DNA from: an uncultured Gemmatimonadaceae bacterium | Lineage (GTDB): Bacteria > Gemmatimonadota > Gemmatimonadetes > Gemmatimonadales > Gemmatimonadaceae | Assembly (NCBI GenBank): GCA_963781585.1 | Contig: CAWAGQ010000005.1 | Span: 288,001-352,000 of the forward strand | DNA: 64,000 nucleotides | Direction: 5' to 3' | Part shown: piece by piece, positions 1 to 10,205 of the stretch | How the letters are laid out: each line of letters opens with the position of its first letter | Position numbering within the stretch: the stretch's first letter is position 1 | Translations under genes and position numbers: made by a program | The notes under the pieces: generated by a model | What the model was told of the DNA's origin: nothing | The model's input: the letters and a program-made list of their open reading frames with translations, nothing else | Databases searched by the model: none

Positions 1-1
1 A

Positions 2-133
2 CGATTGTCTGCTCGCCCATTACGGAAGACTGCGCGTGCTGGGCGTCCTGCCGTCTGGAAGACTCTGGTGATCGTCGTGGGCGCGCTGCTGCTGATAGCC
101 CTCGTCGGGGCTTTGTGGGAGCGTCTGGCCTGA
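2..133 (+). CDS. 3' end of a gene running in from the left edge; C-terminal transmembrane helix
   Basis: Frame 2 is open to TGA at 131-133 and reads ...WKTLVIVVGALLLIALVGALWERLA*. Confidence 0.45.
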   Translation, partial: RLSARPLRKTARAGRPAVWKTLVIVVGALLLIALVGALWERLA

Positions 134-271
134 CGGCTGGGCCGGTGACAAGCTCGTGCACGGCATACGTCACGCCACCGGGGAGAGAGTGCTTCGCAGG
201 ATCCTGCACCGGCGATGAGTTCTCGATCTCCGGGATTCCTTGGACTGATCCCCGCTGATCAACTCAACGGA

Positions 272-937
272 TCAGAGCCATGTCGAAATATCGTCCGGCG
301 CTTTCCGCGAGATGTCCGGGACCATCGCACCCGCCGCAGGATATCCAACAGCGAGAATCAGGTACGCCTTCTCGTTAGGTGGCCTTTCGAGCAGCTCGGC
401 GAGAAAACCCATGGGATTGGGAGTGTGAGTCAGCGACACCAGCCCCATATGGTGCACCGCCGCCACGAAGAGTCCCACCGCGATCCCGACTGACTCCTGC
501 GTGTAGTAGTATGCCCGCTTCGAGCCATCGGCGTTCAGACCGTAGGTCTGACGAAAGACAACCACCAGCCACGGTGCATCGGTGAGGTGTGGCTTCTGCT
601 CGTCGGTGCCGAGCGGCTCCAGCGCGGCAAGCCAGTCCTCAGGCATTCGGCCGTGGTAGTTCTTGAACTCCTCGATCTCCGCCGCTTCACGAATCTGTTG
701 CTTGACGTCGGCGTCCGAGATGGCGACGAATGTCCATGGCTGCTGATGCGCACCACTCGGTGCCGTACCGGCGGTACGAATGGCATAGCTGATGGCGTCC
801 TTTGGTACGGCGGTTGTTGCGAAGTGCCGTGTGGTCCGCCGCGCATTCATCTCCGCGTAGAACTCCTGCGCCCGCTGAAGTGTCTCGTCGAGCGGCCGCT
901 TCGTGAATTCCAGCGGTTTGAACGGATATGCAGTCAT
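272..937 (-). CDS. Nitroreductase family protein, iodotyrosine deiodinase (IYD)-like
   Basis: Motifs RRTTRHF, TAPSGAHQQPWTFV, EIEEFKNY, KPHLTDAP, ESVGIAVG, LTHTPNP and VGYP. ATG at 937 follows a G-rich RBS. Confidence 0.85.
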   Translation of the reverse strand: MTAYPFKPLEFTKRPLDETLQRAQEFYAEMNARRTTRHFATTAVPKDAISYAIRTAGTAPSGAHQQPWTFVAISDADVKQQIREAAEIEEFKNYHGRMPEDWLAALEPLGTDEQKPHLTDAPWLVVVFRQTYGLNADGSKRAYYYTQESVGIAVGLFVAAVHHMGLVSLTHTPNPMGFLAELLERPPNEKAYLILAVGYPAAGAMVPDISRKAPDDISTWL

Positions 938-1010
938 GTTCCCCCGCCATCGCCGGTAGCCGAACTTACGGCACCGGGCGCGCAATGGGAACCACGGCGG
1001 TGCCGGCCCC

Positions 1011-2202
1011 CTAACCTAACGCGGCTGCGAACCGACCGAGGCCCTCCGCGAGGTCACCTCTGGTCGCGACAAGCGGCGGCAGCAGGCGGATCGTATGGTT
1101 GCCGGCCGAAACCAGCAGGAGGCCCTCGTCACGCGCGCGCGCGATAATATCGGCGGCCGGCTCGTTCACGTCCACGCCCCAGATGTATCCGATGCCGCGA
1201 ACAGCGCGAATCCGTCCCGAGCGATCGGAGAGCGCGCGGAGTTCGCTGCCCAGCCACTCACCGCTCGCCCGCACCTGCTCCAGGAATGCGGGATCCGCGA
1301 TCCGGCCGATGACGTGCAGCGCGATACTCGAGACAAACGGCCCACCGCCAAATGTCGTGCCGTGATCGCCGGACTGTATGGCCGCCGCGATTTCCTCCGA
1401 CATGAGGATCGCGCCCATTGGCAGACCGCCCGCGATCGGTTTTGCCAGAGTGAGCACGTCCGGCTCCACATTCAGGCCCTCGATACGCGAACAGCGTGCC
1501 CGTGCGACCCAGGCCGCATTGAATCTCGTCAAGAATGAGGGCGATATGACGAGCGCGCGTCAACGCTCGCAGTTCGCGGAGGAATCCGCCGTCCAGCACG
1601 CGCACACCACCCTCTCCCTGGACCGGTTCGACAATGAGACCCGCGGTATTCTCACAATCCAGGATGGAGTCCAGTTGCTCCAGGTCCCGCTCCGCGATCG
1701 AAATCCCCCCCGCAAGCGGCCGGAATGGCGCGCGATACGCTGGCCGATCTGTCGCTGCAAGCGTGGCGAACAATCGCCCGTGAAACGCACCGCGCAGGGC
1801 AATGATCTCGTGCTTGGCGGGACCACCTCCCTGAGTTCGTGCCCACCTACGAACGAACTTGAAGGCCCCCTCGTTCGCCTCAGCACCGGAGTTGCAGAAG
1901 AACACCTTTGACGCAAACGACAACTCGACAAGGCGCTCGGCCAACCGTTCTCCCGGCGACGTACGAAAGAGATTGGACACGTGTACCAGATTGTCTGCGG
2001 CCGCGTGCAGCGCCTCCCGGAGACCATGATCGGAGTAGCCGAGTGCATTGACCGCAATGCCGCTCGTGAAGTCGATGTACGATTTTCCATCTGCATCGTA
2101 GAGCGTCACGCCCTCCCCACGCACGATTTCCATGGGTGGACGCTTGTAGACGGGGAGCAGGGCACCGGTGACTGGCGGCGCTGACGAAGCTTGGGATGTC
2201 AT
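1011..2202 (-). CDS. argD: Acetylornithine aminotransferase, split by one frameshift near 1482 (probably an artefact)
   Basis: DFTSGIAVNALG, FCNSGAEANE, FHGR and DEIQCGLGRTG lie in one frame. PDVLTLAKPIAGGLP, HGTTFGG and IRLLPPL lie in another. Confidence 0.9.
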
Positions 2203-2206
2203 GGTG

Positions 2207-2965
2207 TCAAACCGTCGATGGTGAATGCGTGACGGCGGTGCCACGCGACCGATCCTGCAGCGACCACACATCTCCGATGCGAACACAGGGCACGCCACCT
2301 GCCACCGCACGCCGCGCGGCCTCCAACTTGGCGGCCATGCCGCCACGCACCGCGCCATCGAGCAGCGATCCGATGGCATCCACCTCCACGCTCGCCAGCG
2401 GTGTCCCAGCAGCATCGAGTACGCCAGCCACGTCCACCACGAGATGCAGCTCGTCCGCCGAGATCGACTCGGCAATCGCCGCTGCTGCATCGTCTCCGTT
2501 GACGTTCAATCCGCCACCGCCAATAACGTCTCGCCCGACAGGGGAAATCACGGGAACGAATCCCCGACCGAGGAGCACGTCCAGCAGACAGCGATCAGCT
2601 GGCTTCGGACTGCCGACCGCACCCAGTCGCCCACCGTCGTAGAGGACCGACGGCAGCAGTCCGCCGTCCTCCCCCGACAGCCCGACCGCGGGCACGCCTA
2701 CGGCCAGCAGCTGACTGACCAGCCGCTTGTTGATCAGCCCGGACAGAACCATTCGCACGATGTCGATGTCTTCAGGACTTGTGTACCGACGGCCTCCCAC
2801 GAAACGTGTCTCGCGACCGAGCCGCCGCTGCATTTCGGTCAGCTCCTCCCCACCTCCATGAACCACGCACAATCGCCATCCGGGGTCCTTGCTCAGGGTC
2901 GCCAGAACACCCGGCAGAGCAGGATCCGCCTGGACGCGTCCGCCGATCTTCACAACGCGGATCAC
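2207..2965 (-). CDS. argB: Acetylglutamate kinase
   Basis: Motifs VVKIGG, VVHGGG, LNVNGD and GGMAAKL; lies between argC and argD. Confidence 0.9.
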   Translation of the reverse strand: MIRVVKIGGRVQADPALPGVLATLSKDPGWRLCVVHGGGEELTEMQRRLGRETRFVGGRRYTSPEDIDIVRMVLSGLINKRLVSQLLAVGVPAVGLSGEDGGLLPSVLYDGGRLGAVGSPKPADRCLLDVLLGRGFVPVISPVGRDVIGGGGLNVNGDDAAAAIAESISADELHLVVDVAGVLDAAGTPLASVEVDAIGSLLDGAVRGGMAAKLEAARRAVAGGVPCVRIGDVWSLQDRSRGTAVTHSPSTV

Positions 2966-3921
2966 GCCGGTAGTCCCAGAGTCTCAGTCAGACCCAACGC
3001 CAGATTGGCGTTCTGCAGCGCCTGCCCTGCCGCTCCTTTCATGAGATTGTCGATTGCCGTCAACACCAGAAGTGCCGGCTGGCGCAGACCCTGGATGGTA
3101 CGAACGCTGACGCGAGCCACGTTGCGGCGCAGTACATCACGCAGGGACGGCAAGTCAGGCGTCGTTTCAACGAACGGCTCGCCGGCGTAGTGGTCCCGCC
3201 AGATCTGCAGCGGATCCTTCGGCACATCGGTTATCGGCACCGTCATACTCGCAAGAATGCCTCGAGCTACGGGCAACAGGTGCGGTGTGAATACAAGGTC
3301 GACATCGGTCCCGAGCGATGAGAGGACGGTGCGCATCTCCAGCACATGCCGATGTTCGTTCCCCACCGCGTACGCGCGGAAGTTCTCGGCGACCTCACCG
3401 AACATCAGGTCGGCACGTGGAGTGTTCCCAGCTCCGGTTACTCCGCTTGCAGCATTCACCGTGATCAGACCGCCCGGACGGGTCAGCCCGCGTAACAGCA
3501 ACGGGGCCAAACCCAGCAGTACCGCCGTCGGATAACAGCCAGGGTTGGCTACCACCGTCGCTCCCCGGAGGGTTTCGCGGGTAAGCTCCGTCAACCCGTA
3601 GGGCACAGCCTCACTCGTATGGCCGGGACGCAGGTCGGACGACAGATCGATTGCGCGAACACCCTCTCGGCGAACTCGTTGGACCCACTCTCCCGAGACA
3701 CCGTGCGGAAGGGCGCTGAACACCAGGTGCGTGCGACGAAGCGGTGCGTCGTCGGACGCAACCATCGCGATAGACCGTGCGCCAACGAGGATCTGCTCCC
3801 CTCGTCGTTCATTCGCGGTTGCGAACGCGAGCGTCAGCCGAGGGTGCGCACCGATCAAGGCGCAAAGCTCTCGCCCGGCGTAACCACTCGCTCCGAGGAC
3901 CCCGACAGGAATTCTATGCAC
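2962..3921 (-). CDS. argC: N-acetyl-gamma-glutamyl-phosphate reductase
   Basis: Motifs GASGYAG, ANPGCYPT, SGVTGAG, HRH, FTPHL and IDNLMKGAAGQALQN. Confidence 0.95.
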   Translation of the reverse strand: MHRIPVGVLGASGYAGRELCALIGAHPRLTLAFATANERRGEQILVGARSIAMVASDDAPLRRTHLVFSALPHGVSGEWVQRVRREGVRAIDLSSDLRPGHTSEAVPYGLTELTRETLRGATVVANPGCYPTAVLLGLAPLLLRGLTRPGGLITVNAASGVTGAGNTPRADLMFGEVAENFRAYAVGNEHRHVLEMRTVLSSLGTDVDLVFTPHLLPVARGILASMTVPITDVPKDPLQIWRDHYAGEPFVETTPDLPSLRDVLRRNVARVSVRTIQGLRQPALLVLTAIDNLMKGAAGQALQNANLALGLTETLGLPA

Positions 3922-3941
3922 GCAGAATGCATATTATTGCA
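3907..3941. promoter_or_regulatory. Tandem ARG boxes (ArgR operator) overlapping the argC start codon
   Basis: Two 14-bp cores, aggaattctatgca (3907-3920) and tgcatattattgca (3928-3941), are 7 bp apart. This is the canonical spacing of tandem ARG boxes. Confidence 0.75.
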
Positions 3942-4131
3942 TGATCCCGGTGTCAACGGCGGCGACGCACCAGGGGGCCTGCGGTCCGGAAGGCTGCCGT
4001 GGTGATCTACCGGCGACCTCGATGCGCTCGCGACAAGCGAGGATGGCCGGCCATCGAGCCTGCTTCGGACACAAGGGACGGCTTACGACCTCGCCTGGCT
4101 TCTGCTATCGTCGGGGCGGAAACCAGCCGAG

Positions 4132-4602
4132 GTGTTCGAGATCGTGCAGAAGAAGGAGCGCCATCGCCTCATTCTCGAGATAGTCGAGTCGCAGCCCGTT
4201 CCCAGTCAGGAGGAGCTGCGTCGCCTGCTGCATCTCCGTGGGCTTCAGGTGACGCAGTCGACCCTCTCTCGAGACCTTCGTGAACTCCGCTTGGCGCGGA
4301 TACCGTCTCCGAGCGGAGTCCGGTATGCATCGCCCGACCACGCCACGGAGGAGGCCCGGGCAACGTTGGACGATGTGCTTCCACAGTTCTTTGCCACGAT
4401 GGATGGTGTCCGGGAGCTGCTCATCCTCAAGACGGTGCCCGGCGGGGCGCAACCGATTGCCGAGGCCCTCGACTTTGAGGGCTTCTCGGACGTTCTGGGC
4501 ACGCTCGGCGGCGAAAACACCGTCCTGGTGATCTGCCGTTCGGCTGCTGGGCGCGAACGGCTCGAGCGACGTATTGAGCGACTGACCAGGAAGGGCGGCT
4601 GA
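4132..4602 (+). CDS. argR: Arginine repressor
   Basis: SQEEL...VTQSTLSRDLREL winged HTH, KTVPGGAQPIA and GTLGG; sits within the arg cluster. Confidence 0.93.
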   Translation: MFEIVQKKERHRLILEIVESQPVPSQEELRRLLHLRGLQVTQSTLSRDLRELRLARIPSPSGVRYASPDHATEEARATLDDVLPQFFATMDGVRELLILKTVPGGAQPIAEALDFEGFSDVLGTLGGENTVLVICRSAAGRERLERRIERLTRKGG

Positions 4603-4800
4603 CGACCTGACTTCCGGCCGTTCCAGCGTCTCCATAGGACGGTCCCTAGAGTCCGTCCACGCCTCCCGGGCGAACACGCGCCTGCCATGTCCCACGCCCA
4701 TTCCGAGCTCCGGGCTGGCTCTCGACCACCCCATAGCGACAGCTGTGACGGATGGCAGAGGTACCTACGAGGACCGCCCGATTGACGGCCGGACACAGGG

Positions 4801-4835
4801 CGGTTAATTATGCATAGCGGATGAATACATATCAT
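4801..4835. promoter_or_regulatory. Tandem ARG boxes upstream of argG
   Basis: cggttaattatgca (4801-4814) and tgaatacatatcat (4822-4835) are 7 bp apart, in an AT-rich patch 25 bp before the argG ATG. Confidence 0.7.
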
Positions 4836-4859
4836 ATGCCAAGTCGGCGGAGCTGAACG

Positions 4860-6109
4860 ATGCGGACCATCGTGCTCGCGTATTCGGGTGGGCTGGATAC
4901 ATCAATCATCGTCCCGTGGTTGCGCGATCACCACGACGCAGACGTCGTCTGCGTGGCAGCGGATGTAGGACAGGGTGCCGACGAACTCCGAGGGATTCGA
5001 GAAAAGGCCCTGCGCTCTGGCGCAGCTGAGTGCTACGTGGAGGACCTACGTCAGGAGTTCATCGAGTCTTTCGCCTTCCCAACGCTTCGCGCAGGAGCCG
5101 TATACGGTCGCAAGTACCTTCTCGGGACATCGATGGCCCGTCCCATCATCGCGCGCCGACAGGTCGAAGTGGCGCGCGCGGTCGGCGCCAGCGCATTGGC
5201 GCACGGGTGCACGGGAAAAGGAAACGACCAGGTGAGGTTCGAACTCACATACATGGCGTTCGCGCCGGAACTCGAGGTCATTGCCCCATGGCGCGAGTGG
5301 AACATTCGCAGCCGGGAGGATGCCCTCGCCTATGCCTCGGAAAAGGGGATTCCCGTCACGGCCTCCGCGAAGAAGATCTACTCGCGCGATCGCAATCTCT
5401 GGCACATTTCGCACGAAGGTGGAGTGCTCGAAGACCCGAATGAACCGCCCCGGAAGATCTCTTCCTGCTGACCGTTGACCCGGCCGACGCACCCGACCAC
5501 CCGGAGCTGGTCACCATCGGGTTTTCACAGGGCACGCCCGTGTCGGTGAACGGACACGTCCTCGATCCGGTCGAGCTTGTGACCACCCTGAACACGTTGG
5601 CTGGCCGACACGGAGTGGGTCGGGCTGACATCGTCGAGGATCGCCTCGTCGGGATGAAGTCTCGCGGCGTATACGAGACACCTGGCGGCACGCTGCTCTA
5701 CACAGCACTCGCCGAACTTGAAATGCTCGTGCTGGACCGCCGCTCCCTCGCTGCGAAGGACCTCATCGCACCACGCTATGCTGACGTCGTCTACGAGGGC
5801 CGCTGGTGGAGCAGCGAACGGGAAGCCTACGATGCGTTCGTTACCAAGCTCCAGGAGTTGGTGAGCGGTTCCGTTACGCTGAAGTTGTTCAAGGGTGGTG
5901 TCGCAGTGGCTGGGCGCGAAAGCGAGAACGCGCTCTACGACGAACGATTCGTCACGTTCGGCGAGGACGACGTATATCAGCAGAGTGATGCGGCTGGTTT
6001 CATCCGCCTTTACGGGTTGCCGGGTCGTGTTCGCGCGCTGAAAGAGCAGGAGCGAAGTGGGACGCACGAAGGGTCGACGGCGTCTCCTCCAGCACTGGCG
6101 CTCACGTGA
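4860..6109 (+). CDS. argG: Argininosuccinate synthase, frameshift in the C-run at 5448-5451 (probably an artefact)
   Basis: [24 protein letters not shown] and YSRDRNLWH are followed in the next frame by [14 protein letters not shown]. Adding one C restores NEPPPEDLF. Confidence 0.93.
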
Positions 6110-7572
6110 CGCCGGCTGAAGTGCTCCACGACCACGCCCCCGCATCCGCCCCCGGTCATAGACTTTGGGGAGGCCGATTCGCTGGCGGAACATCGGAAAT
6201 CATGGACGCAATCAATCGCTCTATCGGTCTGGATCTGCGTCTATGGCCTTTCGACATCAGAGTCTCCATGGCTTGGGCGGTCGCACTCTGGAGTGCCGGC
6301 GTCTTGTCTCTGCAGGAGAGCCGTGAGATCGAGCGTGGCCTGGACCTGGTACGCGACAGACTGGCCGCGGGAGAGAATCCGCTGCCCGCCGACGAGGACG
6401 TGCACACGATGATCGACCGGATGCTCCATGAGGCCATTGGCGGCGTCGCGTCCAAGCTGCACACCGGTCGAAGCCGAAATGACCAGGTCGCGACTGCAAC
6501 CCGTATGTGGGCGATTGATGCATGGTCGCGGCTCGACGATGCAATCAAAGGCTTGCAGCGCGTCATGCTGCGCCACGCCGAGACGCTCGAACAGGCCGTC
6601 GTTCCGTCGTACACCCACCTGCAGCGCGCGCAACCCGTCAGCGGGGCGCACTGGCTGCTGTCGCATTTCTGGCCGCTTCAGCGGGACCGCGCTCGCCTGG
6701 CCGCGGCGGCCCGCGCCGCGTCAGTGCTTCCTCTCGGCAGCGGAGCCGTTGCGGGCTGTGCATTCCCGGTATCACGAGTCCTGCTGCAGGGAAGTCTGGG
6801 CTTTGCCGCCATTTCCAGCAACAGCATCGACGCCGTGGCGGACCGCGACTTCATTGCGGAAGGCGTCTTCGCCCTGGCACTGCTGGCAGTGCACGTGTCC
6901 CGACTTGCCGAGGATCTGATCCTCTTCGGTTCGGCAGAATTTGGCTTCATACGGTTTGGCGATTCGTTCACGACGGGGTCGAGCATGATGCCCCAGAAGC
7001 GGAACCCCGATGCACTCGAGATCTCGCGCGGCTCCGCATCGCGTATTCTGGGAGACCTCACTTCCCTGCTCGCCTCCTTGAAGGGACTGCCAAGCGGATA
7101 CAACAAGGACCTGCAGGACGACAAGCGCGTGCTCTTCGACGCGGTGGACGCCATGTCGGTTGTCCTGCCGGCCGTTGCCGGCACACTCGACGAGCTGCAG
7201 TTCGACGTGGACCGGATGCGGAAAGCCGTTTCCAGCACAATGATGTCGACGGACCTCGCAGACTACCTGGTGGCCAGGGGAGTGAGCTTTCGCGAGGCGC
7301 ATGCCTCAGTCGGACAGCTCATTCGGCAAAGCGAAGAGGACGGTGTCGACCTTGCGGATTTGCCCGCCGCGTCCTTCGCGCGCGTGAATGCCCGATTCGG
7401 CGAAGATGTCCTTGAGGCCCTCTCCCCGGTCGCGTCATTGAGACGTCGGGAAATCGAGGGTGGGACAGGTCCCAGCGCGGTTCACGCTCAGCTGCAGCGA
7501 GCGGCCGCCAGCGTCGAGCAACCCGGGGAGGCGCCCGGGAATCGATACTCGCAGGTGGTGAGCCAAGGATAA
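6106..7572 (+). CDS. argH: Argininosuccinate lyase
   Basis: Motifs LWGGRF, HTGRSRNDQVAT, YTHLQRAQP, GSSMMPQKRNPD and YNKDLQ. Confidence 0.96.
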   Translation: MTPAEVLHDHAPASAPGHRLWGGRFAGGTSEIMDAINRSIGLDLRLWPFDIRVSMAWAVALWSAGVLSLQESREIERGLDLVRDRLAAGENPLPADEDVHTMIDRMLHEAIGGVASKLHTGRSRNDQVATATRMWAIDAWSRLDDAIKGLQRVMLRHAETLEQAVVPSYTHLQRAQPVSGAHWLLSHFWPLQRDRARLAAAARAASVLPLGSGAVAGCAFPVSRVLLQGSLGFAAISSNSIDAVADRDFIAEGVFALALLAVHVSRLAEDLILFGSAEFGFIRFGDSFTTGSSMMPQKRNPDALEISRGSASRILGDLTSLLASLKGLPSGYNKDLQDDKRVLFDAVDAMSVVLPAVAGTLDELQFDVDRMRKAVSSTMMSTDLADYLVARGVSFREAHASVGQLIRQSEEDGVDLADLPAASFARVNARFGEDVLEALSPVASLRRREIEGGTGPSAVHAQLQRAAASVEQPGEAPGNRYSQVVSQG

Positions 7573-7793
7573 GGAGATCCTGTTCAGGATCAGCTCGCCA
7601 ACCGTTGACGTGGCCGAACCGCAAGCGGTGCACCCCGGCTGGAGCGTCGCATTTACCGCGCCGAGGGTCCCCACGAAGCCGGGAATGCCGTGCAGCGAAC
7701 TCGATCTGCATACATGTCTTTGTATGGCAGTCTCTTACCATGCGCAGGCCTGTGGCGGCTTGATCATCTCCACGACGGAGACCGAGTCGTGAT

Positions 7794-7821
7794 AAATTAT
7801 CCTCATCATGGAGGATAATTT
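7794..7821. promoter_or_regulatory. Perfect 11-bp inverted repeat with a 6-bp spacer, covering the RBS of ORF 7825
   Basis: aaattatcctc-atcatg-gaggataattt; the GGAGGA Shine-Dalgarno overlaps the right arm. Confidence 0.7.
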
Positions 7822-7824
7822 CTT

Positions 7825-8199
7825 ATGCCGGCTTTCAACACTCGTGCAGCGGCAATGTCATTGGGGATAGCGCCGAAGTCGCTGGAGAACGTGTTCTCGC
7901 ACGTGCTCAATCATGCATCATCGCCCGGCCTGCAGGGACGCGACCGACGAATCCCCTTGGAGGTCATTCTTCAGATCGCTATTGCCGGAGATGTTCGGGA
8001 TACATTCGGTTGCCATTGGAGCCGAGCGCTTCGGATCGCGGAACGCCTTGAGGTGTTTGGAGCCGTTTCGTCTGCCGGCGGTCTACTGTCGCTCGGTGCG
8101 GATACCGCCACCTACCGGGCTCGACTCCAGGAACGGCTCGCCGAGGCTACGGAGGCGGTGCTTGCTCGCCCCAGAGGACGCCCCACCTCGCGACGTTGA
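7825..8199 (+). CDS. Hypothetical DNA-binding protein (MerR-like N-terminal HTH pattern, C-terminal AT-hook RPRGRP)
   Basis: Strong SD. N-terminal FNTRAAAMSLGIAPKSLENVF fits an HTH pattern, and the C-terminus reads RPRGRPTSRR. Confidence 0.7.
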   Translation: MPAFNTRAAAMSLGIAPKSLENVFSHVLNHASSPGLQGRDRRIPLEVILQIAIAGDVRDTFGCHWSRALRIAERLEVFGAVSSAGGLLSLGADTATYRARLQERLAEATEAVLARPRGRPTSRR

Positions 8200-8244
8200 C
8201 CACTGGGTAGGTTTGAGCAGGTTGGCCAGCGGAGGTCCTCTCTC

Positions 8245-9462
8245 GTGACGTTCGCGCATCGAAGACGAGCGGCAGCTGTGAACGTCGGCGGCGTGCCGGT
8301 GGGCTCCGACCATCCCGTCGTCGTGCAGTCAATGACGAATACCGAGACGGCCGATGCCGAGGAGACTGCCCTTCAGATCGCCGCACTAGTCCGTGCTGGC
8401 TCGGAGCTGGTGCGAGTAACTGTGAACAATGATGCCGCCGCGGTCGCTGTTCCGGAAATCGATGCGCGCCTCAGGGATCAGGGGATTGCGATTCCGATCA
8501 TTGGGGATTTCCACTACAACGGGCACCTGCTGCTCACACGCTACGCTGCGTGTGCAGAGGTGCTTGCGAAGTACCGGATCAACCCCGGAAATGTGGGCAG
8601 CCGTCGGCGCGATGAGAACTTTCGGACCATTGTCCGGTGCGCGATCGACCATCGGAAGCCGGTTCGCATCGGTGTGAACTGGGGATCCCTCGATCAGGAT
8701 CTCCTCACCGCGATGATGGACGAGAACGCGAAGCGCGCAAGCCCGTGCGACGCCCGAGATGTCTACATCGAGGCCATGGTTGAAAGCGGACTACGTTCGG
8801 CTTCGCTGGCAGAGGAGACCGGCCTGCCCCATGATCGCATCATCATTTCCGCGAAGGTCTCTCAAGTACCCGATCTGGTTGATGTCTATCGTCGTCTGGG
8901 CGCGCGTTGTGACTTTCCTCTGCACCTCGGCCTGACCGAAGCAGGCCTGGGGACGAAGGGCATCATTGGCAGTACGGCGGGCCTGGCGATCCTCCTCGCG
9001 GACGGTATCGGTGATACCATCCGTGTGTCACTCACCCCGCGCCCTGGAGGCGATCGTACCGAGGAAGTTCAGGTGGCACAGCAGATTCTCCAGTCCTTGG
9101 GGCTGCGGCGGTTCACCCCGCAGGTTTCGGCGTGCCCCGGATGCGGACGGACCACATCCACGTTCTTTCAGCAGATGGCGGAGGACATCCAGTCGTACAT
9201 TCGAGCTCAGATGCCAGCGTGGCGTCACAGCCGCGTGGGAATTGAAGACCTGCGCATCGCCGTCATGGGATGCGTGGTGAACGGACCCGGTGAATCAAAA
9301 CACGCCCATATAGGGATATCACTTCCGGGAACTTCTGAAGAACCGAGAGCCCCTGTCTATGTCGACGGACGACTGAGCACGACGTTGCGAGGAGGTGACA
9401 TCGTGCCGCAGTTTCTCCGCATTCTCGATGAGTATGTGAGCGCACACTACGCCGCCCGATGA
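8245..9462 (+). CDS. ispG: (E)-4-hydroxy-3-methylbut-2-enyl-diphosphate synthase
   Basis: Motifs [50 protein letters not shown] and [10 protein letters not shown]. Confidence 0.97.
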   Translation: MTFAHRRRAAAVNVGGVPVGSDHPVVVQSMTNTETADAEETALQIAALVRAGSELVRVTVNNDAAAVAVPEIDARLRDQGIAIPIIGDFHYNGHLLLTRYAACAEVLAKYRINPGNVGSRRRDENFRTIVRCAIDHRKPVRIGVNWGSLDQDLLTAMMDENAKRASPCDARDVYIEAMVESGLRSASLAEETGLPHDRIIISAKVSQVPDLVDVYRRLGARCDFPLHLGLTEAGLGTKGIIGSTAGLAILLADGIGDTIRVSLTPRPGGDRTEEVQVAQQILQSLGLRRFTPQVSACPGCGRTTSTFFQQMAEDIQSYIRAQMPAWRHSRVGIEDLRIAVMGCVVNGPGESKHAHIGISLPGTSEEPRAPVYVDGRLSTTLRGGDIVPQFLRILDEYVSAHYAAR

Positions 9463-9519
9463 CTCACGCTGGCGGCTTGTTGGTGTTCCGGCGCCCGCTC
9501 GCCATCCGACTGCTTCTGC

Positions 9520-10122
9520 TCAGTCACGCCAGGTTTCGAGCGCGCGCACAATACTCTCCAACTCGTCCATGATCGGCGCATAGAAACCGACGGTTCGCAA
9601 GCGGTCATGGATACGACGATACCACCTCACGGTTTCGGTGCGTCCCCCAGCCAACTGATTCCATGCTGCGCTCGGTTCCACTGTGCGTCGCAGGTTTGAG
9701 AGGGCAGTTGCTGTATTGTGCAGGGCGATCGCCGCCAGGACCCAGCGTGCCCGCTCCGACATCGTGCCCAGGCGGTCGAGAATATCCTCCCGTCGCTCAT
9801 CATATGAGAACTCGACTCCGTCATCGCCCGTCCGACGTTGTGAGACCGTCAGTACAGTCTCCAGCACCTCGTCGCCGAACTTGTCGAGTATGCGTTGCCT
9901 GAGCGTCTCAACGGCGTAGCCGCTTCGAAGGCTGTCCTCCGCCACCGAGTGCAGGATGCCTGCGATCACCGTTGTATCATCACGGCCGTAGCGAGCCAGG
10001 ATGAGGCCCACGTTCGCCGGCTGGGTGAAGTATGGCGGCTTCGTACCACGCCGCACCTGCTGATCGTGATGCTTGGCGGCGAACGCGAGTGCGTGGTCGA
10101 TTCTGTCCGAATAGCCCTGCAT
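9520..10122 (-). CDS. HD-domain protein of RelA/SpoT-hydrolase (Mesh1/SAH) type with a degenerate active site
   Basis: ALAFAAKHHDQQVRRGTKPPY, AGILHSVAED and KFGDEVLETV follow the SAH pattern, but HD has become HS. Confidence 0.75.
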   Translation of the reverse strand: MQGYSDRIDHALAFAAKHHDQQVRRGTKPPYFTQPANVGLILARYGRDDTTVIAGILHSVAEDSLRSGYAVETLRQRILDKFGDEVLETVLTVSQRRTGDDGVEFSYDERREDILDRLGTMSERARWVLAAIALHNTATALSNLRRTVEPSAAWNQLAGGRTETVRWYRRIHDRLRTVGFYAPIMDELESIVRALETWRD

Positions 10123-10205
10123 GGTGATTCCGGTCTGCGGCGTCCGGATACCGTTAGGCAGCGAGGGAAAGCCGGAGCCGCAACATGGAGTGAAGCAGGA
10201 CGCGC

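Noticed and set aside
1011..3921. LysW-dependent lysine/arginine pathway (lysY/lysZ/lysJ)
   Set aside because: No lysW or lysX nearby; ARG boxes and argR-G-H context support the acetylated arginine route.
5440..5475. Programmed frameshift in argG
   Set aside because: A plain C-homopolymer with no recognised slippery heptamer; the same error type occurs in other genes.
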